This document shows positions 19,816 to 27,450 of a stretch of DNA of 32,000 nucleotides, piece by piece; the first letter of the stretch is position 1, and each line of letters starts with the position of its first letter. Made by a program: the position numbers and the translations under genes. This DNA is from Acidothermus cellulolyticus 11B (GTDB taxonomy: Bacteria; Actinomycetota; Actinomycetes; Acidothermales; Acidothermaceae), in assembly GCF_000015025.1 (NCBI RefSeq), contig NC_008578.1, positions 360,001-392,000 on the forward strand, read 5' to 3'. The notes under the pieces were generated by a model. That model saw only the letters and a program-made list of their open reading frames with translations, was not told where the DNA came from and did not search any database.

Positions 19816-19853
19816 GGCCGTCGTCCGGTGCACATCCACCGGAGCGCGGTTGC

Positions 19854-21152
19854 TTACTCCGCACGCAGGTGCAGCCCCAGAGCCCGCAGATTCTCTTCCG
19901 GCCGGTGGTATCCGCGCCGCAGATGATGGACGCCGGTGAGGACCGTCGTCCCCTCGGCAATCGCGGCGGCGATGACGCTGGAGAATCCCGCACGGACGTC
20001 AGGGATTTCCACCCGGGTGCCGTGCAATTTCGAGACACCGCGGACCACCGCTGAATGCACCGCGTCGGTGTCGTGGAAACGGCAGGCGGGGCCGCCGAGA
20101 CACGTGGCGAAGAGTTCGATTTCCGCGCCCATTGCTTGCAGCGCAGGCACATAGACGAGCCGGTCCTCGTACACCGTCTCATGCAGCACCGACATCCCGC
20201 GCGCCTGGGTGAAGAGCATCATGAGCGGTGTCTGCCAATCCGTCATGAAACCGGGATGGGTGTCGGTCTGGACGGCGGCGGGACGTAATCCCTCCGGCGC
20301 GGTCGCCGTGATGCCGTAATCGTCGATGTCGACACGGGCGCCCATCCGCTGCAAGGTGGTTATCGCCGTCACGAGGCGTTCCTGCGGACATCCAATGACC
20401 CGGACGTCACCTTTGGTCAAAAGACCCGCGACCAGGTAACTGAATGCCTCGTTCCGGTCGCCGGCCAGGCGCGCACGCGCGCCGTGCACCGCAGGAACGC
20501 CTTCGATGACGACGCGCCGGTCCGGCCAGAATTCAATGCGGGCTCCCATGCGCTGGAGGAACAACGCCAGGTCGACGACTTCCGGCTCGGTTGCCGCATT
20601 GGTCAGTACGGTCTTGCCTTTCGCCAGCGTCGCGGTGAGCAACACTGATTCGGTTGCGCCGACGCTGGGATACGGCAGGTGAATGCGTGCGCCGGTCAGA
20701 CGGGTGGCTTTCGCGAAAATGCCGTCATCGCTGACCTCGACGTCCGCACCGAAAGCGCGCAACGCGGCGACGTGAAAATCCACCGGCCGGCTCCCGATGC
20801 GATCGCCGCCGACCTTCGGGACGAACGCCTCACCGGCCCGGTGGAGGAGCGGACCGAGCAGCAGCACCGGAATGCGATTGAGCCCACTGAACGACAACGG
20901 GACATGGGGATTGACCTCACGGCTCGGCACGACGGTGACGCGGTCGTCCTCCACGAGCACCTCGGCTCCGACGGCGCGCAGAATGTCAGTGGTGATCGTC
21001 ACATCGCCGACGTCCGGAACGTTGTCGATAACGCTTGGCTCATCCGCCAGCAGGGCGGCCACCATGTGTTTGGTGACGGCGTTCTTCGACCCACGGAGGA
21101 CGACGTCGCCGCGGAGCGGGCCGCTCGGTTCGATGACCCAGGTGTCGGCCAT
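19854..21152 (-). CDS. murA: UDP-N-acetylglucosamine 1-carboxyvinyltransferase
   Basis: 432 aa from ATG 21152; the extension in track ORF ..21389 is Arg/Pro-rich junk. LRGSKNAVTKHM, the active-site loop KVGGDRIGSRPVDFH and full-length MurA similarity are present. Confidence 0.9.
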   Translation of the reverse strand: MADTWVIEPSGPLRGDVVLRGSKNAVTKHMVAALLADEPSVIDNVPDVGDVTITTDILRAVGAEVLVEDDRVTVVPSREVNPHVPLSFSGLNRIPVLLLGPLLHRAGEAFVPKVGGDRIGSRPVDFHVAALRAFGADVEVSDDGIFAKATRLTGARIHLPYPSVGATESVLLTATLAKGKTVLTNAATEPEVVDLALFLQRMGARIEFWPDRRVVIEGVPAVHGARARLAGDRNEAFSYLVAGLLTKGDVRVIGCPQERLVTAITTLQRMGARVDIDDYGITATAPEGLRPAAVQTDTHPGFMTDWQTPLMMLFTQARGMSVLHETVYEDRLVYVPALQAMGAEIELFATCLGGPACRFHDTDAVHSAVVRGVSKLHGTRVEIPDVRAGFSSVIAAAIAEGTTVLTGVHHLRRGYHRPEENLRALGLHLRAE

Positions 21153-21158
21153 GGGAGC

Positions 21159-21164
21159 ATGGTA
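21159..21164 (-). promoter_or_regulatory. candidate -10 hexamer TACCAT, 6 nt before the murA ATG (leaderless-type geometry)
   Basis: The minus strand reads TACCAT, then GCTCCC, then ATG 21152. There is no SD. Confidence 0.35.
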
Positions 21165-21214
21165 GTGGCGAAAGGCCGGCGGCGGTGCCGGCGGGCGACA
21201 ACGAAGGTGGTGGG

Positions 21215-22231
21215 ATGACGACCAAGTGGGGAATCCTGGGGACCGGCTGGATTGCAGAGAAATTCGCCGCTGACGTCGCCCTGCTCCCGGACGCGCAGGT
21301 GGTCGCGGTGGGGTCGCGGACCTTGCATCGGGCGCAGGAGTTCGCCGAGCGGTTTGGCATCCCGCACCGGCACGAGAGCTATCAGGCACTGGTCGCCGAC
21401 GCGGACGTCGACGCGGTATACGTCGCCACGCCGCATCCTTTGCACGCCACGAATGCGCTCCTTGCGATCGAGGCCGGCAAGGCGGTCTTAGTGGAGAAGC
21501 CGTTCACCGTCGACGCCGATCAGGCGCGGCGTGTCGTTGATGCGGCCCGCCGTCGGGGGGTGTTTGTCATGGAGGCCATGTGGACGCGGTTTCTGCCGCA
21601 CATGGTGAAAATCCGGGAATTGGTGACCGCCGGCCGGCTCGGCGAGATTCGCTCCGTCACTGCGGATCACGGGCAGTGGTTTCCGCGGGATCCGCGGCAT
21701 CGACTCTTTGCGCCGGAACTCGGCGGGGGTGCGTTGCTGGATCTGGGGGTGTACGTCGTCTCGCTGGCCTCTCACCTCTTCGGCCCGCCGGACGAGGTCA
21801 TCGCGACGAGCGCACCGGCGTTCACCGGCGTCGATGCGCAAACCGCCGTGATTCTCCGCTACTCGGGTGGCCGGATGGCGGTGCTCTTCACCACCGTGGA
21901 GACGCGCACCGCTACCTGGGCCAGCATCAACGGGGTCGATGCGCGGATCGAAATTCGTGGGCCCTTCTACGCTCCGGTGTCGTTTCGGCTGGTCACCCGC
22001 GACGGGGACGTCGAGGAGTTCGACCTCCCGCACGTCGGGCACGGGCTCTACTACGAGGCGGCCGAAGTGGGCCGCTGTCTACGGGCGGGTCTTACCGAGA
22101 GTCCGCTGATGCCGCTGACGGAGACGATCCAAATCATGGAGGTACTGGACGAGGTCCGTCGGCAGATCGGCTTGCGCTATCCGTGGGAATCGGCCGGCCG
22201 GGAGGCGGTGGACGCCGCCGCCGGCTCCTAG
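21215..22231 (+). CDS. Gfo/Idh/MocA family NAD(P)-dependent oxidoreductase
   Basis: The N-terminal Rossmann motif is WGILGTGWIAEKF, followed by EKPF. The start is ATG 21215 after GAAGGTGGTGGG. The stop overlaps the convergent chorismate mutase stop (CTAG). Confidence 0.85.
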   Translation: MTTKWGILGTGWIAEKFAADVALLPDAQVVAVGSRTLHRAQEFAERFGIPHRHESYQALVADADVDAVYVATPHPLHATNALLAIEAGKAVLVEKPFTVDADQARRVVDAARRRGVFVMEAMWTRFLPHMVKIRELVTAGRLGEIRSVTADHGQWFPRDPRHRLFAPELGGGALLDLGVYVVSLASHLFGPPDEVIATSAPAFTGVDAQTAVILRYSGGRMAVLFTTVETRTATWASINGVDARIEIRGPFYAPVSFRLVTRDGDVEEFDLPHVGHGLYYEAAEVGRCLRAGLTESPLMPLTETIQIMEVLDEVRRQIGLRYPWESAGREAVDAAAGS

Positions 22232-22560
22232 GCCCGGCCGCGGCTCAGTTCGAGGACGGCGAGCGCAAGCTGTCCGCCGCCGCGCCCGAGCCCTTCGACG
22301 TACGCATTGACGATCTGGAGCTCGCGGGAGTGCTCGAGCCGGCGCCCGGTGTGCGCCATCCGGATCGCCTGAATCTGCTTCGACAGGGCGATCCGCCGTT
22401 TGACGATCTCAATGATCTCAGCGTCGATCTCGTCAATCTTGGCGCGAAGGCGGGCGATGGCTTCGCTGATCTCGTCGGGGCTCAGCGCGTCGACGCTCAC
22501 GACGTCGAGGTCGAGCGCCTCGGCGAGCGCTTCCCGGATGAGGTCCTCGGTGTTGTTCAC
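22228..22560 (-). CDS. monofunctional AroQ chorismate mutase (Rv0948c-like)
   Basis: RLRAKIDEIDAEIIEIVKRRIALSKQIQAIRMAHTGRRLEHSRELQIV...LELSRGRA closely resembles the small mycobacterial cytoplasmic chorismate mutase. GTG 22560 is preferred because AGGAAGGA lies 7 nt upstream. ATG 22581 (track ORF start) is an alternative but has no SD. Confidence 0.8.
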   Translation of the reverse strand: MNNTEDLIREALAEALDLDVVSVDALSPDEISEAIARLRAKIDEIDAEIIEIVKRRIALSKQIQAIRMAHTGRRLEHSRELQIVNAYVEGLGRGGGQLALAVLELSRGRA

Positions 22561-22606
22561 GGCGGTGTCCTTCCTGGTCATCGCCCGGGTGGCGGCCCGG
22601 TGACGC

Positions 22607-22637
22607 CAAAACGCCCCGGGCCTTGAGCCCGGGGCGT
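22607..22637 (-). terminator. intrinsic terminator (11-bp perfect GC stem, 5-nt loop, U-run) inside the chorismate mutase leader
   Basis: The minus strand reads ACGCCCCGGGC ucaag GCCCGGGGCGU UUUGG. Confidence 0.6.
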
Positions 22638-22665
22638 CGGTGAGGTCTGCAGACGAGATCGACGG

Positions 22666-22740
22666 CTACCGGACTCTTCCGGAGCCATAAAAGTAGAAGG
22701 TCGACCGCGTCACGCCCTCCAGTGTGCCAACGGATCGCAT
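22666..22740 (-). CDS. candidate 24-codon leader peptide MRSVGTLEGVTRSTFYFYGSGRVR (Phe/Tyr regulatory codons)
   Basis: ATG 22740, stop TAG 22668..22666. Codons 15-18 are TTC TAC TTT TAT. It is followed by overlapping alternative helices and the terminator (see findings). Confidence 0.5.
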   Translation of the reverse strand: MRSVGTLEGVTRSTFYFYGSGRVR

Positions 22741-22780
22741 CGGCGTCCAGTGGTGTCCAGTATGTGAGATCCGCGGTACG

Positions 22781-22786
22781 TAGGAT
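22781..22786 (+). promoter_or_regulatory. candidate -10 hexamer TAGGAT, 6 nt before the guaA GTG (leaderless-type geometry)
   Basis: TAGGAT, then CGGACC, then GTG 22793. There is no SD. Confidence 0.35.
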
Positions 22787-22792
22787 CGGACC

Positions 22793-24361
22793 GTGACCGA
22801 ATCGTCTGGACCGCGGCCGCGCCGGCCGGTTCTCGTCATCGATTTCGGCGCGCAGTACGCGCAGCTCATCGCCCGTCGGGTTCGGGAACTCGGCCACTAC
22901 AGCGAAATCGTTCCGCATCACGCGGACGCAGCCGAAGTCGCGACCCGGGAGCCGCTCGCCCTCATCCTCTCCGGTGGGCCGGCGTCGGTCTATGAGCCCG
23001 GGGCACCCGCCCTCAATCCGAAGATCTTCGAACTTGGCGTGCCCGTCTTCGGCATCTGCTACGGCTTCCAGCTCATGGCGGCGACACTGGGCGGCTCGGT
23101 CGCGAACACCGGCGGCGCCGAATTTGGTGCGACGCCGCTGCGGGCCGCCGGTTCCAGCCGCCTCTTCGCCGGATTACCCGAGGAGCAGACCGTCTGGATG
23201 TCGCACCGCGACACGGTCTCCGCAGCACCGCCCGGTTTCCAGGTGGCCGCGGCGACCCCGAATACCCGGATCGCTGCATTTGAAAACCCTGAGCGCCGGA
23301 TGGCCGGCGTGCAATTCCACCCCGAGGTGCGACACACCGAGTACGGCCAGGCGATCCTCCGGCGGTTCTTGCAGGATATCGCCGGGTTGAAGCCGGACTG
23401 GACGCCGTCGAATATCGTCTCCGAGCTGGTCACGGCAATTCGCGAACAAATCGGCGACGGATACGCGATATGCGGCCTGTCTGGTGGTGTCGATTCGGCG
23501 GTCGCGGCGGCGCTCGTCCAGCGGGCGATCGGTGACCGGCTCACGTGCGTCTTTGTCGACCACGGACTCCTGCGGGCCGGTGAGGCCGAGCAGGTCGAGC
23601 AGGATTTCGTTGCCGCCACGGGCGTGCGGCTGCATGTCGTGGACGCCGCCGACCGATTTCTCGCCGCCTTGTCCGGGGTGGTGGATCCGGAGGAGAAACG
23701 CCGCATCATCGGGCGGGAGTTCATCCGCGTCTTTGAGGCGGCCGCCCAGGACATCGCGGCCTCCGCTCCGGTGGAATTCCTTGTCCAGGGAACCTTGTAT
23801 CCCGATGTCGTGGAATCCGGCGGCGGCGCCAATGCCGCCACCATCAAGTCACACCACAATGTCGGGGGTCTGCCGCCGGATCTTCGGTTTCGGCTCGTTG
23901 AGCCGCTGCGGACGCTTTTCAAGGACGAAGTGCGGGCGGTCGGTGCGGAGCTCGGGTTGCCGGAGTCGCTCGTCTGGCGTCAGCCGTTTCCCGGTCCCGG
24001 TCTCGCCGTCCGCATCATCGGGGAAGTGACCCGCGACCGGTTGTCGGTCCTGCGCCGCGCGGACGCCGTGGTCCGCGAGGAATTGACGGCCGCCGGGCTG
24101 GATCGGGCCATCTGGCAATGCCCGGTGGTGCTTCTCGCCGATGTGCGATCGGTCGGCGTCCAGGGCGACGGCCGCACGTACGGTCATCCGGTGGTGCTGC
24201 GGCCGGTCACCTCAGAGGATGCGATGACCGCCGATTGGGCGCGCATTCCGCACGACGTGCTCGCCCACATCTCGACCCGGCTCACCAACGAAATTCCCGA
24301 AATCAACCGGGTCGTGCTGGACATTACGAGCAAGCCGCCGGCGACCATCGAGTGGGAGTGA
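22793..24361 (+). CDS. guaA: glutamine-hydrolysing GMP synthase
   Basis: The GATase domain has [20 protein letters not shown] and the nucleophile in FGICYGFQ. The ATP-PPase P-loop is [10 protein letters not shown]. The C-terminus is KPPATIEWE. 522 aa. Confidence 0.95.
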   Translation: MTESSGPRPRRPVLVIDFGAQYAQLIARRVRELGHYSEIVPHHADAAEVATREPLALILSGGPASVYEPGAPALNPKIFELGVPVFGICYGFQLMAATLGGSVANTGGAEFGATPLRAAGSSRLFAGLPEEQTVWMSHRDTVSAAPPGFQVAAATPNTRIAAFENPERRMAGVQFHPEVRHTEYGQAILRRFLQDIAGLKPDWTPSNIVSELVTAIREQIGDGYAICGLSGGVDSAVAAALVQRAIGDRLTCVFVDHGLLRAGEAEQVEQDFVAATGVRLHVVDAADRFLAALSGVVDPEEKRRIIGREFIRVFEAAAQDIAASAPVEFLVQGTLYPDVVESGGGANAATIKSHHNVGGLPPDLRFRLVEPLRTLFKDEVRAVGAELGLPESLVWRQPFPGPGLAVRIIGEVTRDRLSVLRRADAVVREELTAAGLDRAIWQCPVVLLADVRSVGVQGDGRTYGHPVVLRPVTSEDAMTADWARIPHDVLAHISTRLTNEIPEINRVVLDITSKPPATIEWE

Positions 24362-24457
24362 CGCGCGGCGTTGTCTCCTGAGCGCGGGTTGCGCCTGTTC
24401 TCCCTGAGCACGGAATAGTGCCCGAAAACCCACAATTGCGGCGGAGGGACCCCAACC

Positions 24458-24490
24458 GCTTGGGGCGGCACGGTCCGTGCCGCCCCAAGC
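24458..24490. terminator. 16-nt-arm perfect inverted repeat between convergent guaA and xylanase genes (bidirectional terminator candidate)
   Basis: GCTTGGGGCGGCACGG t CCGTGCCGCCCCAAGC. There is no clear U-tract. Confidence 0.5.
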
Positions 24491-24508
24491 AGGCGTTCCT
24501 ACCAACGC

Positions 24509-25678
24509 TTATCGGCGCAGGGCGTGATGACCGAATCCCGCCCGGTGCGGCGCGCCGGCTGCGAGCGCAAGGGTCTGCTGCAAGGCCGTGTACGCCGGCT
24601 TCGGCTGCAGGTTCACGTCGTACAGATTTGCGTACCCTTCGCCGGAGAAGAATCCGGGAATCCACGAATCCGCGTCCCCGAATCCCCAGACCGTGTAGGA
24701 GATGCAGTTCTTGACGGCGAGGCAGGCCTTGAGCATCCCGTCGTAGTAGTTCGCCTGCGCGTACGGCGCGAGCGGGTCGGTCGGTTGCTGCGTTGTCGCG
24801 TCCGTGACAAAGGTGCGGACATCCGCTTCGGTGATCGCCACCTTCAGACCCAAGTCGGCGTACCGCTGCAAGTCCTCCTGCATCTTTGTCGGGAAGCCGT
24901 ACTGGGTGTCCAGGTGACCCTGGTCACCGATGCCGTTGATCGGCACACCCTCGGCGAGCATCTTCTTCACCCAGTTGTACACCGCGTCGGCCTTGGCGTT
25001 CGTGCCGTCTTCGCCGGCGATGTTGTAGTCGTTGTAGAACAACAGCGCGTGCGGATCGGCCTGGTGCGCCCAGCGGAAGGCGTCGGCGATGATTCCCTCA
25101 CCGAGATGCTGCACCCAGAAATCGTCTCCGTTGATGCCGTCGGGGAGTGGATGCGGGTCCCAGGAGTTGGCGAAGAATTCATTCGCGACGTCCCATTGCC
25201 AGATCTTTCCTTTGAAATGGGTGACTTCGTCCACGATGTGCTTGTGCAGCAGGTCCCGCAATTGCGCGTTGGAAATCGTACCGTTGTTGACGCCCTGGAC
25301 CAGCCAGTCGGGGAGCTGGTTGTGCCAGACGAGCGTGTGGCCGCGGACGAGCTGTCCGTGTTCTTGCGCGAATTGCACGAGCCGATCGCCGCCGGACCAA
25401 TCGTACGTACCTTGGGTCGGTTCAACGACCTGCCACTTCATTTCGTTGCCTGGGGTGACGACCGAGAATTGACTGGCGGCGATTGCCGCGTAATCCGGAT
25501 GGTCGAGGTCGTACGGAATGATGGCGGTACCGACGCGGAGGCCTATCTTCGCAGCCAGCGCGCGGAGCGAATCGGCCGGCGGGTGGTACGGCGGATTGCC
25601 GTGCGCGAAAGCCGTGGTGGCCGTCGCGACGACCATGGCAGCGCCCAGCGCCGCTGCCGTCATCGAGCGCATTCTCAT
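24509..25678 (-). CDS. secreted GH10 endo-1,4-beta-xylanase (catalytic domain only)
   Basis: ATG 25678 is preceded by GGAGG (6 nt). The signal peptide is MRMRSMTAAALGAAMVVATATTAFA. GH10 motifs are GHTLVWHNQLP, WDVANE (acid/base) and ITEADV (nucleophile). No carbohydrate-binding module is present. Confidence 0.9.
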   Translation of the reverse strand: MRMRSMTAAALGAAMVVATATTAFAHGNPPYHPPADSLRALAAKIGLRVGTAIIPYDLDHPDYAAIAASQFSVVTPGNEMKWQVVEPTQGTYDWSGGDRLVQFAQEHGQLVRGHTLVWHNQLPDWLVQGVNNGTISNAQLRDLLHKHIVDEVTHFKGKIWQWDVANEFFANSWDPHPLPDGINGDDFWVQHLGEGIIADAFRWAHQADPHALLFYNDYNIAGEDGTNAKADAVYNWVKKMLAEGVPINGIGDQGHLDTQYGFPTKMQEDLQRYADLGLKVAITEADVRTFVTDATTQQPTDPLAPYAQANYYDGMLKACLAVKNCISYTVWGFGDADSWIPGFFSGEGYANLYDVNLQPKPAYTALQQTLALAAGAPHRAGFGHHALRR

Positions 25679-25697
25679 CGCATTCCTCCACCGTGTC

Positions 25698-25712
25698 CGA
25701 AATTTTCGGAAA
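25698..25712. promoter_or_regulatory. CGAAA-T-TTTCG palindrome followed by GAAA, 20-35 nt upstream of the xylanase start codon (operator candidate)
   Basis: The plus strand reads CGAAATTTTCGGAAA. A related AGAAAGTTTCG lies at 25872..25882. Confidence 0.35.
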
Positions 25713-25983
25713 TTCTTACGGGACAGACGGACGCTACTGCGGGGCAACCGACGCCGTCAACCCCTCAACGTGAACGAATTGCCGTAATTTTTCGGCGTGT
25801 ATACGGAGCGTGTACCGGTATGGCTGCGCAGCGTAGCGCTGCCGTACGGCTACCGGTTCCCGATATTGTTTAGAAAGTTTCGATCTCGGGCGGCGGGCGG
25901 GTGGTGGCTTGATCTCGATGACACAAGCGGCGGGCAATGGCTGATTTCACTGGCTGGCGGTCGATGACGTGGACGCGGCTTTC

Positions 25984-26138
25984 CACGGCTGATTCGGCTG
26001 GGCCAGGACAATGCGCGAGCGGTCCGACGGCTGCCAGGCTTATGCGCGACCGATCCCACGGCTGCAGGTTTACGCGTGCCGGCCCTACGGATGCCGGGTT
26101 TACACGTTCCCGGTTTACGCGTTCCCGGTTTACCCGCG
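25984..26138. repeat. degenerate tandem-repeat array: about three 31-41-bp units grading into five 15-bp units (consensus CCCGGTTTACGCGTT)
   Basis: 15-mers start at 26064, 26079, 26094, 26109 and 26124. Longer units begin with (C)ACGGCTG at 25984, 26025 and 26056. Confidence 0.8.
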
Positions 26139-26528
26139 GCTGCTCACCAGCGTCGGCGGTTCGTGCGACTCGAGCCGCATCACCGTGCGCGGCATCGCCG
26201 GAAGGTCAAACCAGCCCCGTCCGTCCGGACCCCGCCGGCTCTCGGGAAATCGGCGGAGCAGCTCGCAGTCACGTTCATAACGCGCCCGTTCCACCGGATC
26301 GAGTCGCTCGCCGCGTCGTATCCGATGGCGGATTTCGGCAATGGATGCGGCGATGGCCGCTTCTTCGAGCAACCGGATTTCCTGGTCCGGGGCGCCGCGG
26401 CATTCCGCGTCGAGCAGTGCCTGTCGTGGGCAGCGTCGGCGAACGCCGAGATTTTCACGGTAGACCTCCAAGGGATCCCCGATGTCCTTGGCAGGTCGGG
26501 CAATGAAATCGACCGGCATGTCCGTCAT
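26130..26528 (-). CDS. hypothetical protein (132 aa)
   Basis: Its codon usage looks coding, and it lies directly downstream of the PIG-L gene on the same strand. ATG 26528 is chosen (MTDMPVDF...); the track ORF start at 26642 is also possible. I recognise no family and see no clear SD. Confidence 0.4.
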   Translation of the reverse strand: MTDMPVDFIARPAKDIGDPLEVYRENLGVRRRCPRQALLDAECRGAPDQEIRLLEEAAIAASIAEIRHRIRRGERLDPVERARYERDCELLRRFPESRRGPDGRGWFDLPAMPRTVMRLESHEPPTLVSSRG

Positions 26529-26645
26529 ATCGACCAAACTGATCGCCAACTGAAGCGGGCAGCGCAGCGGACGATGGTCCGAATGGGGGAATGTTGGAGG
26601 AACTCCGATTGGTGACCACCCCGGACCTGCCGGTGGCGCCACCCG

Positions 26646-27377
26646 TCAGCCGGTCGCCATGACGTAGAACGCCTCCGCCAACCGTCCCGCCGGAAGACCA
26701 GCTCGGGCAGCCGCTTGCCGCAGCCAGCCGCCGACAAATTCCTCGAGCTGTTCCATGTGACCGGTCTGGCTTTCATGCGCCCGCAGGGCGGCGATTTTCT
26801 GCGGGAAGGTCTCGGTCACATCGACGTAATGGGAAACAAGCGGCCCGCCCATGATCCACGTCTCGGGAACGGTCCACGCATCCAGCCCTTCCTCGATGCG
26901 AAGCTCTGGAAAAGCGAACGGATTGCGCGCGTCCGGGTAAACGGCGTCCAAGGCGGCGCTCCCGGCGGCACGATGGTCCGGATGCGATCGGCCGACCCGC
27001 TCGTAATCGCGTTCCGGCGACTGCAGCAGAATCCGCTGCGGCCGCACCTCCCGGATGATTCGTGTGATGTCACGCCGCAGCGCGAGGGAGGGTTCCAACC
27101 GCCCGTCGGGATATCCAAGGAAGCGGACGTCGAAGACCCCCAGGCGCTTCGCCGCCTCGATTTGTTCGGCCCGCCGCAGGGCGCCCATCTGGTCACGAGG
27201 GAACTCGAGGTCAAAACCACCGGCGTCCCCATCGGTACAGATGCAGTACGTGACGTGGATACCGGCCCCGGTCCATCGCGCGATGGTGCCGCCGGCGCCG
27301 AAATCCACGTCGTCGGGGTGCGCGACGACGACCAGGGCTCGTTCGACCTGCTCATCGGGCGTCGGCTGCGCGGGCAT
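26646..27377 (-). CDS. PIG-L (LmbE-like) family deacetylase
   Basis: ATG 27377 is preceded by AAGGAG. Motifs are VVVAHPDDVDFGAGGT, TDGDAG and HPDH. At 243 aa it is shorter than MshB/Mca. Confidence 0.8.
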   Translation of the reverse strand: MPAQPTPDEQVERALVVVAHPDDVDFGAGGTIARWTGAGIHVTYCICTDGDAGGFDLEFPRDQMGALRRAEQIEAAKRLGVFDVRFLGYPDGRLEPSLALRRDITRIIREVRPQRILLQSPERDYERVGRSHPDHRAAGSAALDAVYPDARNPFAFPELRIEEGLDAWTVPETWIMGGPLVSHYVDVTETFPQKIAALRAHESQTGHMEQLEEFVGGWLRQAAARAGLPAGRLAEAFYVMATG

Positions 27378-27436
27378 GGCACTCCTTGGCGGTGTTGCGG
27401 CATCCGGTCGTGCCTCATCGTAGGCAAGGGGGCACG

Positions 27437-27442
27437 TAGACT
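27437..27442 (+). promoter_or_regulatory. candidate -10 hexamer TAGACT, 8 nt before the pcrA ATG (near-leaderless geometry)
   Basis: TAGACT, then CGCAGACG, then ATG 27451. Confidence 0.3.
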
Positions 27443-27450
27443 CGCAGACG

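Noticed and set aside
22228-22231. Overlapping convergent stop codons: CTAG at 22228-22231 (oxidoreductase / chorismate mutase) and TTAG at 476-479 (MMPL / sortase).
   Set aside because: They are real but trivial consequences of tight convergent packing, and no regulatory meaning can be argued from sequence alone.
24359-24420. Degenerate repeats of the guaA stop context (GAGTGACGCGCGG, CCTGAGCGCGGG, CCTGAGCACGG).
   Set aside because: The similarity is short and low (about 8-10 nt with mismatches), which is within chance expectation for GC-rich sequence. It is not comparable to the three clear stop-spanning repeats reported.
25984-26138. Possible CRISPR array.
   Set aside because: The repeat units are directly adjacent (15-bp and about 31-bp periods) with no unique spacers. 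The units are degenerate and there are no cas genes.
25937-26506. A 189-aa plus-strand ORF with the RFTRSRFTRSRFTRG repeat.
   Set aside because: The periodic peptide is just the translation of the 15-bp DNA tandem repeat. The rest is Arg-rich and antisense to a more coding-like minus-strand ORF.
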